Shown here piece after piece: positions 9,084-18,631 of a stretch of DNA of 64,000 nt. The DNA comes from Spirochaetales bacterium (lineage in GTDB: Bacteria > Bacillota > Clostridia > Christensenellales > UBA1242), in NCBI GenBank assembly GCA_050178795.1, contig JBFXFT010000001.1, positions 57,513 through 121,512 of the forward strand, written 5' to 3'. The position numbers and the translations under genes were made by a program. Every line of letters begins with the position of its first letter. The stretch's first letter is position 1. The notes under the pieces were generated by a model, which worked only from the letters and a program-made list of their open reading frames with translations, was not told the origin of the DNA and made no database searches.

Positions 9084-9301
9084 TGTTTTAAAAATCCCTT
9101 TTCAAATAAAACACACACAGACTGCTTAATTATAAGTTTAACAAAAAAAAGCAATATAAGCACTACTGTTAATTAGTGTAAATAAAGTAGCAGAAATTTA
9201 AAGATTTTTAAATGATTTAATCACAAATAAGTTCTTAATCGTATTTATACATTAAGGTTTTATTTTGGGGTTAAAGGGTTAAAAAGATTAAATTTATGCG
9301 G

Positions 9302-9331
9302 ATACAAAAAACGCTTTGCGTTGCAAAGCGT
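9302..9331 (-). terminator. intrinsic terminator after the tRNA cluster
   Basis: Minus strand reads ACGCTTTGC-AAC-GCAAAGCGT followed by TTTTTTG. Confidence 0.75.
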
Positions 9332-9337
9332 AATTTA

Positions 9338-9424
9338 TGGTACCGAAGGCCGGACTTGAACCGGCACGAGATTGCTCCCGAGGGATTTTAAGTCCCTTGT
9401 GTCTGCCTATTCCACCACTTCGGC
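9338..9424 (-). tRNA. tRNA-Leu (anticodon TAA), type II, CCA encoded
   Basis: GCCGAAGTGGTGGAATAGGCAGACACAAGGGACTTAAAATCCCTCGGGAGCAATCTCGTGCCGGTTCAAGTCCGGCCTTCGGTACCA. Folded by eye: anticodon loop CTTAAAA, long variable arm, T-loop GGTTCAAGTCC. Confidence 0.9.
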
Positions 9425-9438
9425 ATAATTAATGAGAT

Positions 9439-9512
9439 TGGAGGCACCACCCAGACTCGAACTGGGGATAAAGGCTTTGCAGGCCTCTGCCTTACCACTT
9501 GGCGATGGTGCC
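9439..9512 (-). tRNA. tRNA-Cys (anticodon GCA), CCA encoded
   Basis: GGCACCATCGCCAAGTGGTAAGGCAGAGGCCTGCAAAGCCTTTATCCCCAGTTCGAGTCTGGGTGGTGCCTCCA. Anticodon loop CTGCAAA, discriminator U. Confidence 0.9.
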
Positions 9513-9544
9513 AATTATTTAATTAACTCGCCATTATAAAAAAA

Positions 9545-9619
9545 TGGAGCGGAAGACGAGATTCGAACTCGCGACACCTGCCTTGGCAAGGCAGTGCTCT
9601 ACCACTGAGCCACTCCCGC
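9545..9619 (-). tRNA. tRNA-Gly (anticodon GCC), CCA encoded
   Basis: GCGGGAGTGGCTCAGTGGTAGAGCACTGCCTTGCCAAGGCAGGTGTCGCGAGTTCGAATCTCGTCTTCCGCTCCA. Anticodon loop TTGCCAA. Confidence 0.9.
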
Positions 9620-9636
9620 ATATTATGTATTTGTAT

Positions 9637-9713
9637 TGGTGGGAGCAACAGGACTCGAACCTGTGACCCTCTGCTTGTAAGGCAGATGCTCTAGCCAACT
9701 GAGCTATGCTCCC
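9637..9713 (-). tRNA. tRNA-Val (anticodon TAC), CCA encoded
   Basis: GGGAGCATAGCTCAGTTGGCTAGAGCATCTGCCTTACAAGCAGAGGGTCACAGGTTCGAGTCCTGTTGCTCCCACCA. Anticodon loop CTTACAA. Confidence 0.9.
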
Positions 9714-9731
9714 ATGTCATTGGACTTTTAT

Positions 9732-9760
9732 AATATACCAAATAATGGAATAAATTGCAA
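9732..9760 (-). promoter_or_regulatory. promoter of the Val-Gly-Cys-Leu tRNA operon
   Basis: Minus strand reads TTGCAA, 17 nt, TATATT, about 20 nt upstream of tRNA-Val. Confidence 0.45.
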
Positions 9761-9836
9761 CAACTTTTTTAAACTTTTTTAAACTTTTTTATAGTCCAAT
9801 TGTTTTGACCTCAAAAAGCCATTTTTTGGCTTTTTG

Positions 9837-11474
9837 TTAGTCTAGGCTTACTAAATAGTAATAAACTGGTTGACCGCCATTTATTAAAGTAATGTCAAAG
9901 TCTTCATACTTTTCCTCTAACACTTCTTTTAACTTTTGGGCGTCCTCTTCCTTTACGTCTTGTCCGTAAAAAAGCGTAATATTTACATAGTCTTCGTTCA
10001 TCATTTTTTCTATTAATTCTTCTACAACTGCACTTATGTCGTTACCTTTACTTAAAATTGCTTTATTATTTAAGCCAATAATATCGCCTGCTTTTAAGTC
10101 AAAGCCGTCAAGGTTCGTGTCTCTAACGGCGTAAGTTACGCTACCAGAGGCAACACTCTTTATGCTTTCTAGCATTGTTTCGGTATTTTCTTCTGGACTC
10201 ATAGCGTCGTTAAAACTTAGTATTGCACTTATGCCCTCAGGAATACTCCTAGTAGGTATTATATGCAAAAACTTATTGGTAAGTGCCCTTGCTTGTTCGC
10301 ACGCCAAAATTATGTTTTTATTGTTAGGAAAAACGAACACATTTTTAGCATTTACCTTGTTTATTGCCTTAGCAATGGTATCTGCCGATGGGTTCATGGT
10401 TTGACCGCCCTCAATTATAAAGTCAACTCCCAAGTCCTTAAATACAGCACTTACGCCATCGCCAACTGCAACGGCCACCATACCATATTCTTGTAGTTCA
10501 TTTTCTTTGTTTTGTTTTGCCCTTAATTGCCTATTTTGCTCTAACATATTGTCTATTTTTAAATTGTTAATTTCGCCAAGTTCAAGCGCATAACCAAGTG
10601 CAACATTTGGTTCATTTGTATGCACGTGTACCTTGACTAATTCTAGGTCGCCAATACATATTACACTGTCGCCAATTTCCATAAGTTTTTGACGCATTTT
10701 GTCTATGTCGCTCTCGGTAGTTTTCTTTTTCATTTGAATGACCATAAACTCGGTACAATAGCCAAATTCTATGTCTTCAAGGTCGTTTAAATTGACATGA
10801 AATTGTTCGTAATTACTCTCATTAATAAGGTCTTTTTCAAACTTAATTTCAAGCGTCTCATCGCCAGACAAAACCTTGTAAAAACCTGTAAAAATAATAA
10901 TTAAACCGCGTCCGCCAGCGTCAACCACGCCTGCTTTTTTAAGTACTGGTAGCATTTCAGGTGTTTGAAGTAAAATTCGCTCGCCTTCATCTATTATTTG
11001 GGCTAAAAATTCGGTCACATCTGTGCTATGTTTAACATTTTTAAGTGCGAACTCTGCCATTGTCCTTATTACAGTTAAAATTGTGCCTTCTTTTGGCTTT
11101 GTAACGGCATTATAGGCAACCTCGGCGCCCTTATCTAGTGCCTTTGCAAACTGTTTTGCACTTATCTCTTCCTCGTCTTTTAGTACCGAACAAAAGCCTT
11201 TAATAATTTGGCTTAAAATAACGCCAGAGTTACCTCTAGCACCTTTTAAAGCGCCCTTACTAAAAGCCTCTGCCAAACTGTCTAAATTGTTGTTAGGGCA
11301 TGCAGAAAGTTCGGTGCATGCCGACTTCAAGGTAAGGCTCATATTTGTTCCTGTGTCTCCATCTGGAACAGGAAAAACATTTAAGCCATTTACATATTCT
11401 TTATTATCTTCTAAAAGGGACGCCCCAGCCAAAATCATCTTTCGGAAAGTCGCACCATTAATATTCTTCTGCAT
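9837..11474 (-). CDS. DAK2 domain fusion protein (YloV family)
   Basis: 545 aa. The N-terminus ...LNVFPVPDGDTGTNMSLTLKSA... is the Dak2 phosphatase-domain signature. It follows the Asp23 gene as in the B. subtilis yloU-yloV pair. Confidence 0.9.
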   Translation of the reverse strand: MQKNINGATFRKMILAGASLLEDNKEYVNGLNVFPVPDGDTGTNMSLTLKSACTELSACPNNNLDSLAEAFSKGALKGARGNSGVILSQIIKGFCSVLKDEEEISAKQFAKALDKGAEVAYNAVTKPKEGTILTVIRTMAEFALKNVKHSTDVTEFLAQIIDEGERILLQTPEMLPVLKKAGVVDAGGRGLIIIFTGFYKVLSGDETLEIKFEKDLINESNYEQFHVNLNDLEDIEFGYCTEFMVIQMKKKTTESDIDKMRQKLMEIGDSVICIGDLELVKVHVHTNEPNVALGYALELGEINNLKIDNMLEQNRQLRAKQNKENELQEYGMVAVAVGDGVSAVFKDLGVDFIIEGGQTMNPSADTIAKAINKVNAKNVFVFPNNKNIILACEQARALTNKFLHIIPTRSIPEGISAILSFNDAMSPEENTETMLESIKSVASGSVTYAVRDTNLDGFDLKAGDIIGLNNKAILSKGNDISAVVEELIEKMMNEDYVNITLFYGQDVKEEDAQKLKEVLEEKYEDFDITLINGGQPVYYYLVSLD

Positions 11475-11522
11475 ATATTAGGATACTCCTTAAAAAGACC
11501 AAACATCATTTTATAGTGGTTA

Positions 11523-11873
11523 TTAAACCCTCACCCCAATAACATTAATGTTAACAGAGTCCACTATCATTCCTGTAAAGTCCTCAACAGCGTATTTAAC
11601 AGAGCGTTTTAAACTCTCTGCAACTGCACTTATTGAAACCCCGTACTTTAAAATGACATATAAGTCAATATAAATTCTATTATCAACGGTTAAAACCTTG
11701 ACACCCCTACTTAAAGGCTGTCTATTAAAAAGTTCCGAAAAAGTGTCTGATAGTTTTTTGCTAACTAAATCAACTACGCCATAGCATTCAAGAGCGTTGT
11801 AGCCAGCTACAACTGCAATTGCTTCGTCAGAAATAAACATTTTGCCGTAAGAATTTGCTGTATTAACAGACAT
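11523..11873 (-). CDS. Asp23/Gls24 family envelope stress protein (YloU-like)
   Basis: 116 aa, ...GKMFISDEAIAVVAGYNALECYGVVDL...VKV...IYIDLYVILKYGVSI..., typical of Asp23. Divergent from rpmB. Confidence 0.85.
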   Translation of the reverse strand: MSVNTANSYGKMFISDEAIAVVAGYNALECYGVVDLVSKKLSDTFSELFNRQPLSRGVKVLTVDNRIYIDLYVILKYGVSISAVAESLKRSVKYAVEDFTGMIVDSVNINVIGVRV

Positions 11874-11991
11874 AAGTTCGCCACTCCTATCAACAGATTT
11901 TAACTAATTAATGTTACAACAAAACAAAAACTTTGGCAAGGGAATTGCCTATAAAATTGTGTCATTCATTTGTAATAGTTTAAAAAAATAC

Positions 11992-12020
11992 TTGATTTAA
12001 TTATATTTTAATGTTAGAAT
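11992..12020 (+). promoter_or_regulatory. rpmB promoter
   Basis: TTGATT, 17 nt, TAGAAT, about 45 nt upstream of the rpmB SD (GGGAGG). Confidence 0.45.
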
Positions 12021-12065
12021 GTAGCAGTTAATTAAGAGATTACTAGTTTTAGGGAGGATTTTATA

Positions 12066-12248
12066 ATGTCAAGAGTATGCAGTATTTGTGGAAAAGGTAA
12101 AATGAATGGACACCTAGTAAGCCACGCTAATAATAAAACAAACCGCACTTGGAAGCCAAATATTCAAAAAGTTCAAATTGAAATAGACGGCAAGAAGTCA
12201 AGCGAATATGTTTGTACAAAATGTATGAAAACCGCTAAATCAAACTAG
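12066..12248 (+). CDS. rpmB: 50S ribosomal protein L28
   Basis: 60 aa, MSRVCSICGKGKMNGHLVSHANNKTNRTWKPNIQKV..., canonical bL28. Confidence 0.95.
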   Translation: MSRVCSICGKGKMNGHLVSHANNKTNRTWKPNIQKVQIEIDGKKSSEYVCTKCMKTAKSN

Positions 12249-12304
12249 TTTAAAAAAATAGTTAAAAAGTGCGTTGGCACTTTTTTGTTGCAGACAAAAA
12301 AGTA

Positions 12305-12341
12305 TTAAAAAAGAGGGATAATTTTGTACCTCTTTTTTTTG
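12305..12341. terminator. bidirectional terminator between rpmB and rpe
   Basis: A-run, AGAGG, 12-nt loop, CCTCT, T-run. A weaker hairpin (AAAAGTGC-GTTG-GCACTTTT) lies at 12264..12290 just after rpmB. Confidence 0.6.
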
Positions 12342-12346
12342 TTTTA

Positions 12347-13000
12347 TTAATTCTTTTTTAATAGTTCTAACGCCGTCTTTTTGTTTTCAGAATGGTATAA
12401 GTAACTGCCTACAACCAAAATGTCTGCGCCAGCGTCTGAAACTAGTTTTGCGTTGTTATTATTTATGCCACCGTCAACTTCAATGAGACAGTGTAAATTT
12501 TCTTTTTTAATGTATTCACTCAACTCTTTAATTCTTCCTAAACTTTCTTCCATAAACGTTTGACCGCTTTTACCTGGTTCAACGCTCATAACAAGTATTA
12601 AGTCAAATTGGTTTAATAGTGGTTTTATGTACTCTAAATTGGTGCTTGGCTTAAAACTAAGCCCTGCCATAACACCACGTTTTTTAATGTATTTTACAAC
12701 TTTTAAAAGTGACTTTATGCTATCAAAAGACTCATAGTGCACGGTTATTATATTTGCGCCTGCCTTTATGTAACTTTTAACTACCTTTTGTGGCTCTTCA
12801 ATCATCAAATGCACATCTAAAACAGTAGTGGTCATATTGTTGATTTCTGCTACTTTTTCATAGTCAAAAGTCTTAGCCTCAACAAAGTTGCCGTCCATAA
12901 TGTCGCAATGGAACATGTCTATGTTTAGTGCATCTAACTCTTTTATATATTCAGTTAATCTACTGCCTGCTGGATCAGTAGAAGCAGATATTTTAATCAT
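12347..13000 (-). CDS. rpe: Ribulose-phosphate 3-epimerase
   Basis: 217 aa. Motifs MFHCDIMDGNFV, LDVHLMIEEP, MSVEPGKSGQ.F, EVDGGIN. Overlaps the rsgA stop by 8 nt. Confidence 0.93.
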   Translation of the reverse strand: MIKISASTDPAGSRLTEYIKELDALNIDMFHCDIMDGNFVEAKTFDYEKVAEINNMTTTVLDVHLMIEEPQKVVKSYIKAGANIITVHYESFDSIKSLLKVVKYIKKRGVMAGLSFKPSTNLEYIKPLLNQFDLILVMSVEPGKSGQTFMEESLGRIKELSEYIKKENLHCLIEVDGGINNNNAKLVSDAGADILVVGSYLYHSENKKTALELLKKN

Positions 13001-13874
13001 ATAAAGTGTCCTCTTTTTGTTTTAGTTCTCTATAAATCTCAACATATCTATTATAGCGCTCTTTATTTATTTTTCCTAACTCTACGGCGCGCTTTACTGC
13101 ACAAAGTTCATTTTTTATGTCAGTATGCGTACAATTTTTATATTTACACTCGTCTTTATAGTCGTCAAATTCGTCATAATAGTTCTTTAAATTTGCAGAT
13201 TTTACATCAAACAGTTCAAGTAAACTAAAGCCCGGTGTGTCTGCAATAAAGGTATTTGCCATTATTTCAAATATTTCCGAGTGCCTTGTCGTATGTTTAC
13301 CGCGTTCGGACCTTGCACTTAACACGTCGGTTTTTGCTAACTTTTTTAGGGTTATCGCATTTAAAATTGTGCTTTTACCAACGGCAGATTGTCCAGCAAA
13401 AACAGACAATTTGTCCTTTAATTCTGCCTTTAAAGTATCTATTCCTGTGCCATTTTTTGCAGAGGTAGTAACTATTGCTTTTACAACCAAATTGTACTCT
13501 GCTTTTACCTCTTCTATGAAGTCATTTTCGGCTAAGTCACATTTATTAATGCATAAAACTACATCTAAGCCATTTTTTAGACCATATATTACCAATTTAT
13601 CTATAAGTAAAAGGTCTGGTTTAGGAACAGGCGCTAAAACTATGACTAATTGGTCTACATTTGCTATTTTGGGTCTAACTAAACTGTTTTTTCTTGGCAA
13701 AATTTTTTCTATTGTAAAACTGTTGTCCTCTACTAAAAATTCAACCTCGTCACCTACGGTAAGTTCGTCTTCAAGTTTTATTTTTTTGCGCGCAAAACAC
13801 TCGTACAACACTGCGTCTGTACTTTCTACCGTGTATTTGCCCCCAAAGGCTTTAATTAACCTACCTTTAATAAT
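12993..13874 (-). CDS. rsgA: Ribosome small-subunit-dependent GTPase A, probable non-AUG (ATT) start
   Basis: GTPase motifs are present (circularly permuted order: NKCDL ... GQSAVGKSTILN ... DTPGF) with C-terminal Zn-cluster cysteines. The track start (GTG 13811) truncates the conserved N-terminal OB segment (IIKGRLIKAFGGKYTVESTD), which is in frame upstream. The only in-frame start-like codons after SD AAGAGG are ATT at 13874 or 13871. The conservative alternative is 12993..13811. Confidence 0.85.
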   Translation of the reverse strand: MIKGRLIKAFGGKYTVESTDAVLYECFARKKIKLEDELTVGDEVEFLVEDNSFTIEKILPRKNSLVRPKIANVDQLVIVLAPVPKPDLLLIDKLVIYGLKNGLDVVLCINKCDLAENDFIEEVKAEYNLVVKAIVTTSAKNGTGIDTLKAELKDKLSVFAGQSAVGKSTILNAITLKKLAKTDVLSARSERGKHTTRHSEIFEIMANTFIADTPGFSLLELFDVKSANLKNYYDEFDDYKDECKYKNCTHTDIKNELCAVKRAVELGKINKERYNRYVEIYRELKQKEDTLYD

Positions 13875-13889
13875 AAAATACCTCTTATT

Positions 13890-14930
13890 TTAATTGTTTA
13901 TATGTTTTTGCCTTAATTGTCCGCAAGCGGCGTCAATGTCTTCGCCTAGTTTGCGCCTTAGAGTAACGCTTATGCCTGCTTTTTTTAGTTCGTTTAAAAA
14001 TGCCATTGCGCGGTTGTTACTGCTTGCTTTTAAACTCTTTTCTTTAACTTCATTTAGCCTTATTAAGTTTAGATGATAAGGCTTATTAAAGAATAGTTTT
14101 ATTAATTCATCTACTTGCTCTTTTGTATCTGTCAAGTCCTGTATTAATAGGTACTCAAACACTATGCGTCTACCTGTTTTTTGGTAGTAATAGTCGCATA
14201 CATCAAAAATTTGTCTCAAATTATATTTCTTTGCAATAGGCATAATTTCTTGCCTAATATCTCCTAATGCAGAGTGCAAAGATATTGTAAGAGTTATACC
14301 TAAATTTTCGTCCGCTAAACGCTTAATTTCTGGTGCTAGTCCGCTAGTAGATAGGGACACATTGCGAGTACTAATGTTAAGACCATTTTTATCGTTCAAT
14401 AAATGAATAAATTTTACAACATTTTCATAGTTGTCTAGTGGCTCGCCAGTTCCCATTAAAACGACGTTTGTTACCTTTCTGTCTTGTCCTAATTTGCCGC
14501 CCAAATACTTGTTTATGTAAATGACTTGTGCCAAAATTTCACCAGCACTTAGGTTTCTAACTAAGCCCTTTATTCCACTAGCACAAAAGGCGCAGTTCAT
14601 CCTGCAACCAACTTGCGTAGATACACACACGCTGTAGCCATAATCGTACTTCATAAGCACGCTTTCTATTGCGTTTTTGTCATTTAGTTCAAATAAAAAT
14701 TTTACCGTGCCGTCTGCCGATTTTTGCTCTTCAATTTTTACAACTGTTTCGTTTACAAACTCTTTTTTTAATGTTTCTTTTAACTCTTTTGGTAGAGTGG
14801 CAACTTCGTCTATACTTTTGCCTTGTGCTAGACCTTCAAATAGTTGCTTAGCCCTAAATTTAGGCTCACCTAAATTTGTCAATATTTTTTCTAATTCGTC
14901 AATGTTATAATCTAGTAATGTATTTATCAT
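13890..14930 (-). CDS. rlmN: 23S rRNA/tRNA (adenine-C2)-methyltransferase RlmN (radical SAM)
   Basis: 346 aa. Motifs FRAKQLFEGL and VSTQVGCRMNCAFCASG (CxxxCxxC), with C-terminal GEDIDAACGQL. Confidence 0.92.
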   Translation of the reverse strand: MINTLLDYNIDELEKILTNLGEPKFRAKQLFEGLAQGKSIDEVATLPKELKETLKKEFVNETVVKIEEQKSADGTVKFLFELNDKNAIESVLMKYDYGYSVCVSTQVGCRMNCAFCASGIKGLVRNLSAGEILAQVIYINKYLGGKLGQDRKVTNVVLMGTGEPLDNYENVVKFIHLLNDKNGLNISTRNVSLSTSGLAPEIKRLADENLGITLTISLHSALGDIRQEIMPIAKKYNLRQIFDVCDYYYQKTGRRIVFEYLLIQDLTDTKEQVDELIKLFFNKPYHLNLIRLNEVKEKSLKASSNNRAMAFLNELKKAGISVTLRRKLGEDIDAACGQLRQKHINN

Positions 14931-15877
14931 TCGCCCAACCTTGTCCCTGTTAAAATTTTTTTGCCGTTTAAGAAGGCTTTATCATTAACTCTGTTTTTGC
15001 CCTCTAATTTTATTTCTTCTAGTCTTACCGCTCCGCCACTTGCTTTTACAAATAGCCCTTGTTTAGGACTAGCAAGCACAACTTGACCGTTTTCATACCC
15101 TGAATAGTCTAAATTATATTCCGCAACGCTAGCCTTTAAAACATCAAGTTTTTTGCCCTCTAAATAAGTATACGCAATTGGCTCTGGGTTAAGCCCCCTT
15201 ACCAAATTTGCAACCTCTTGTGGCGTCTTGTTAAAGTCTATTAAAGCGTCTTCTTTTTTAATCATTTTTGTTTTTGTGGCAAGTTCATTGTCTTGCTTTT
15301 TTAATAGAGATTGCAACTTTCCATTTTCAATTATTTTTAGTGCTTCAACTAGCAATTTACCACCAATTTTACCCATTTTTTCTAGCATAGTTCCTGCTGT
15401 GTCATCTTTTAAAACTACTATTTCTTGTTGTAATATAATGTCGCCTGTATCCATTCCTATATCGGTCTTCATAATGGTTACGCCTGTAATGGTTTCACCA
15501 TTTATTATTGCCGTTTGCACTGGGCTTGCACCCCTATATTTAGGAAGCAAACTGCCATGTACGTTATAAACCCCAAGAGGTGTAATGTTTAAAACTTCTT
15601 GGCTTAAAATTTGCCCATAACCAGCGGTAATCATTAAGTCCGCCTTTAAATTTTTTAGTTCTTCTATTGCGTAAGGCTCTTTAATTTTTTTGTATTGCAA
15701 AACCTTTAAATTATTGTTTAAAGCAAATTCTTTAACAACAGAAAATTGTAACTTTTGTCCCCTGCCTGTCGGTTTATCTGGCTGAGTTACAACGGCAACA
15801 ATTTCGTGATTACTATTTATTAAATTTTCTAAAACACTTACAGCAAAATTGGGTGTTCCTAAAAAAATTATTCTCAC
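14927..15877 (-). CDS. fmt: Methionyl-tRNA formyltransferase
   Basis: 316 aa. Motifs MRIIFLGTPNFAV, TQPDKPTGRGQK, NVHGSLLPKYRGASP. Overlaps def and rlmN by 4 nt each. Confidence 0.95.
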   Translation of the reverse strand: MRIIFLGTPNFAVSVLENLINSNHEIVAVVTQPDKPTGRGQKLQFSVVKEFALNNNLKVLQYKKIKEPYAIEELKNLKADLMITAGYGQILSQEVLNITPLGVYNVHGSLLPKYRGASPVQTAIINGETITGVTIMKTDIGMDTGDIILQQEIVVLKDDTAGTMLEKMGKIGGKLLVEALKIIENGKLQSLLKKQDNELATKTKMIKKEDALIDFNKTPQEVANLVRGLNPEPIAYTYLEGKKLDVLKASVAEYNLDYSGYENGQVVLASPKQGLFVKASGGAVRLEEIKLEGKNRVNDKAFLNGKKILTGTRLGE

Positions 15878-16341
15878 TCTTGTTTTTTACCTTCTCTATA
15901 AATTTCTATCGCTTTATCGGTATATAAAATGCCGTCTAAGTGGTCAATTTCGTGGCTTAATGCAACCGCCAAATAGTCTGTTCCAACAATCATAAAGTTG
16001 TTGCCAAACCTATCTAGCGCCTTTACGCTTATTGTTGCAGGTCTTTTGACAAGTCCAGAACAATTTTGAATGCTTAAACAACCTTCAATATTTTGTTGTT
16101 CGCCTTCTGACGACACTATTTCTGGGTTTACTAACTCTAAAAACATATTGTTGACTTCAACTATTACTACGCGTTTTAATATGCCAACTTGAATAGCCGC
16201 TAGCCCTACGCCATCAGCTTTTTGCATAGTTTCTTTCATATCGTCTAGTAACTCGTGTAAATTCTCGTCAAACTCTGTTACTGGTTTACTCTTTTTTCTT
16301 ATTTGCGGATCAGTGTCAAACACTATTTTTCTTAAAGCCAT
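15874..16341 (-). CDS. def: Peptide deformylase
   Basis: 155 aa. Motifs GVGLAAIQVG, EGCLSI, HEIDHLDG. Confidence 0.95.
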   Translation of the reverse strand: MALRKIVFDTDPQIRKKSKPVTEFDENLHELLDDMKETMQKADGVGLAAIQVGILKRVVIVEVNNMFLELVNPEIVSSEGEQQNIEGCLSIQNCSGLVKRPATISVKALDRFGNNFMIVGTDYLAVALSHEIDHLDGILYTDKAIEIYREGKKQE

Positions 16342-16368
16342 TTTGTTCTCCTTTTTGCTTATATTTTA

Positions 16369-18576
16369 CTAACTTAAATTCTGTGGGTCAAGTTCTACAA
16401 AGCAAGTTATGCTTTTTGATAGTAATTTATTATGTATTGCATATATTTTTTGTATAATTTCGTCCTCGTTTTGCAGTCTTAACCTTATTAAAATTTGATA
16501 TCTGTATTTATTGCTTATTCTTTTAACTGGTGATTTCATAGCATCTAAATACAAAAAGTCATCTTTATATTCATTTTTTAATGCCACAATTTCGTCAAAA
16601 AACTCGTGCAAGAAATCTTTTGTTTTTTGTTCGTCCTCTCCTGTTGCCAAAATTCTTACAATTTTAGCATAAGGTGGAAATTTTGTTACCTTTCTTAAAT
16701 TCAATTCCTTGTCAAAAAAACCTTTATAGTCGTAGTTTTTTGCAAGGCTATAAACGTAGTGCCTTGGCGAATAGGTTTGCAGTATTATTTTGCCTTTTAG
16801 TTCGTCTCTACCTGCCCTACCAGATACTTGAGTAATTAGTTGAAAGGTGCGTTCGTTTGCCCTATAATCGGCAAAATGAAGGCTTAAATCGGCATCCATA
16901 ATGCCAACAAGCGTTACAAACGGAAAGTCGTGCCCTTTTGCTATCATTTGAGTGCCTACAAGTAAGCTAGGTCTTGTATTTGAAAACTCGCTTAATATTT
17001 TTAAATGAGAGTTTTTGCTGTTTACTGTGTCATTATCCATTCTTAAAACTTTTACTAATGGAAACTTCTCTTTTAACTCGCTAACCACTCTTTGCGTGCC
17101 TATTGCGCCTTGTCTCAACTTGTCACTGCCACAGTTAGGGCAATTCGTTAAAACCTCATAGCGCTTACCGCAAAAATGGCATTTTAGTTGGTGGTCTTCC
17201 TTATGATAAACTAAAGACACATCGCAATCGGTACATTTTGGTACGTAACCGCACTCCATACACCTTAAAAAACTTGAATAACCACGCCTATTAATAAACA
17301 GCATCGCTTGTTCTTTGTTTTCTATGCATCTAGTTAGTTCAATTTGTAAAGATTTAGAAAACATACTGCTATTGCCAACTCTAAGTTCGCTTAGCATATC
17401 TACAATTTCTACTTCTGGCATTTCTTTTTTGTTTATGCGCTCTTTTAATTCTAAAAGTTTATACTCGGCATTTTCTGCCTTATAAAAACTCTCTATGCTC
17501 GGCGTTGCAGAACCTAAAATTAATGGGCAATTATTGAACTTTGCCCTAAACTCTGCAATTTCGTGCGTGTGGTAACGTGGGTTGCTCTCGCTAAAATAAC
17601 TGCCGTCGTGCTCTTCATCTATTACAATTACACCTATATTATTTATTGGTGCAAAAATTGCAGAACGAGCGCCTACAACAATTTGTGCCTCGCCGTCCTT
17701 TATTCTGCGCCATTCGTCATAGCGCTCTCCAGCACTTAAACCACTATGTAATATTGCAACTTGAGAGCCAAACCTAGCCCTAAAATTTTTTAAAACTTGT
17801 GGGGTTAAAGATATTTCAGGAACTAGCATAATTGCCGTTTTAGAGTCGTTTAAAGCCTGACTTATAACGCGCATATATACTTCTGTTTTTCCACTGCCTG
17901 TAACACCGTGCAAAAGGTAAGTATTTGCAGGATTATGCATTATTTCTTCAACTATTTGCTTTTGAGAAGAAGTCAATGTAACTTTATCATCATTAAGCGT
18001 TTTTACTGCGCTATATGGCGTTCTTTTAACCTCATACTCGCTAGTTTCTAAAACTCCATTTTCAATAAATTTGTTTACAGTTACACTGCCAAAATTTTTG
18101 TTTAATTCTGTTCTATCTGCCTCTTTATTTTTTAGTAAAAACTCAACCAAATCTATTTGGTTCTTTGCGTTTTTCCTTATGCCACTAAGTAAAACTTCAG
18201 TGTCTATTTTGTCGCCTATTTTTACCATTTGTTTTATTACAGGTTTAACTGTGCCTGCACGCATACTTGACGGCAAAAATAGTCTTAAAATGTCTACCAT
18301 TTTTAGATTATATTTGTGCTTCATAAAGTGCGATAATTCTAAAAGTTCGGAATTTATTACTGGGTATTTTTCACATAGCGAAACTATGCTTTTTAACTTT
18401 GAATTTGGTAGTACGCTTTCCTTTTTAATTGCCACTATATAGCCTTCAATACGCCTAGCCCCAAAAGGCACAATTACCCTTGAGCCTATTTTAACATCTA
18501 AATTGTTTTCAATTTTATAGTCAAAAACTTTATCTACTTGTGCGTTTGCTACGTCAACAATTACTTCGGCTATCAT
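16369..18576 (-). CDS. priA: Primosomal protein N' (replication restart helicase PriA)
   Basis: Start is at ATG 18576 behind SD AAAGGAGG (track start 18612 is less likely). Motifs LLHGVTGSGKTEVY, DEEHD, and Cys-rich Zn fingers (CMECGYVPKCTDCDVSL...CHFCG...CPNCGS). Confidence 0.93.
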   Translation of the reverse strand: MIAEVIVDVANAQVDKVFDYKIENNLDVKIGSRVIVPFGARRIEGYIVAIKKESVLPNSKLKSIVSLCEKYPVINSELLELSHFMKHKYNLKMVDILRLFLPSSMRAGTVKPVIKQMVKIGDKIDTEVLLSGIRKNAKNQIDLVEFLLKNKEADRTELNKNFGSVTVNKFIENGVLETSEYEVKRTPYSAVKTLNDDKVTLTSSQKQIVEEIMHNPANTYLLHGVTGSGKTEVYMRVISQALNDSKTAIMLVPEISLTPQVLKNFRARFGSQVAILHSGLSAGERYDEWRRIKDGEAQIVVGARSAIFAPINNIGVIVIDEEHDGSYFSESNPRYHTHEIAEFRAKFNNCPLILGSATPSIESFYKAENAEYKLLELKERINKKEMPEVEIVDMLSELRVGNSSMFSKSLQIELTRCIENKEQAMLFINRRGYSSFLRCMECGYVPKCTDCDVSLVYHKEDHQLKCHFCGKRYEVLTNCPNCGSDKLRQGAIGTQRVVSELKEKFPLVKVLRMDNDTVNSKNSHLKILSEFSNTRPSLLVGTQMIAKGHDFPFVTLVGIMDADLSLHFADYRANERTFQLITQVSGRAGRDELKGKIILQTYSPRHYVYSLAKNYDYKGFFDKELNLRKVTKFPPYAKIVRILATGEDEQKTKDFLHEFFDEIVALKNEYKDDFLYLDAMKSPVKRISNKYRYQILIRLRLQNEDEIIQKIYAIHNKLLSKSITCFVELDPQNLS

Positions 18577-18631
18577 ACTACCTCCTTTTAAAGTAAAAAT
18601 TCTATTACACATAAGGTAATAGAATTATTTT

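Noticed and set aside
9761-9790. Short tandem repeat (AAACTTTTTT x3) upstream of the tRNA operon
   Set aside because: This is trivial AT-rich microrepeat in a spacer. There is no evidence of function beyond possible UP-element-like A/T tracts.
13237-13893. 218-aa plus-strand ORF, plus many similar 60-160-aa ORFs antisense to thrS, priA, mtaB, dnaJ, dnaK, hemW, rbr, rnj, portal and others
   Set aside because: These are antisense shadows of well-supported genes in an AT-rich genome. Their sequences are hydrophobic or low-complexity with no SDs and no recognisable motifs.
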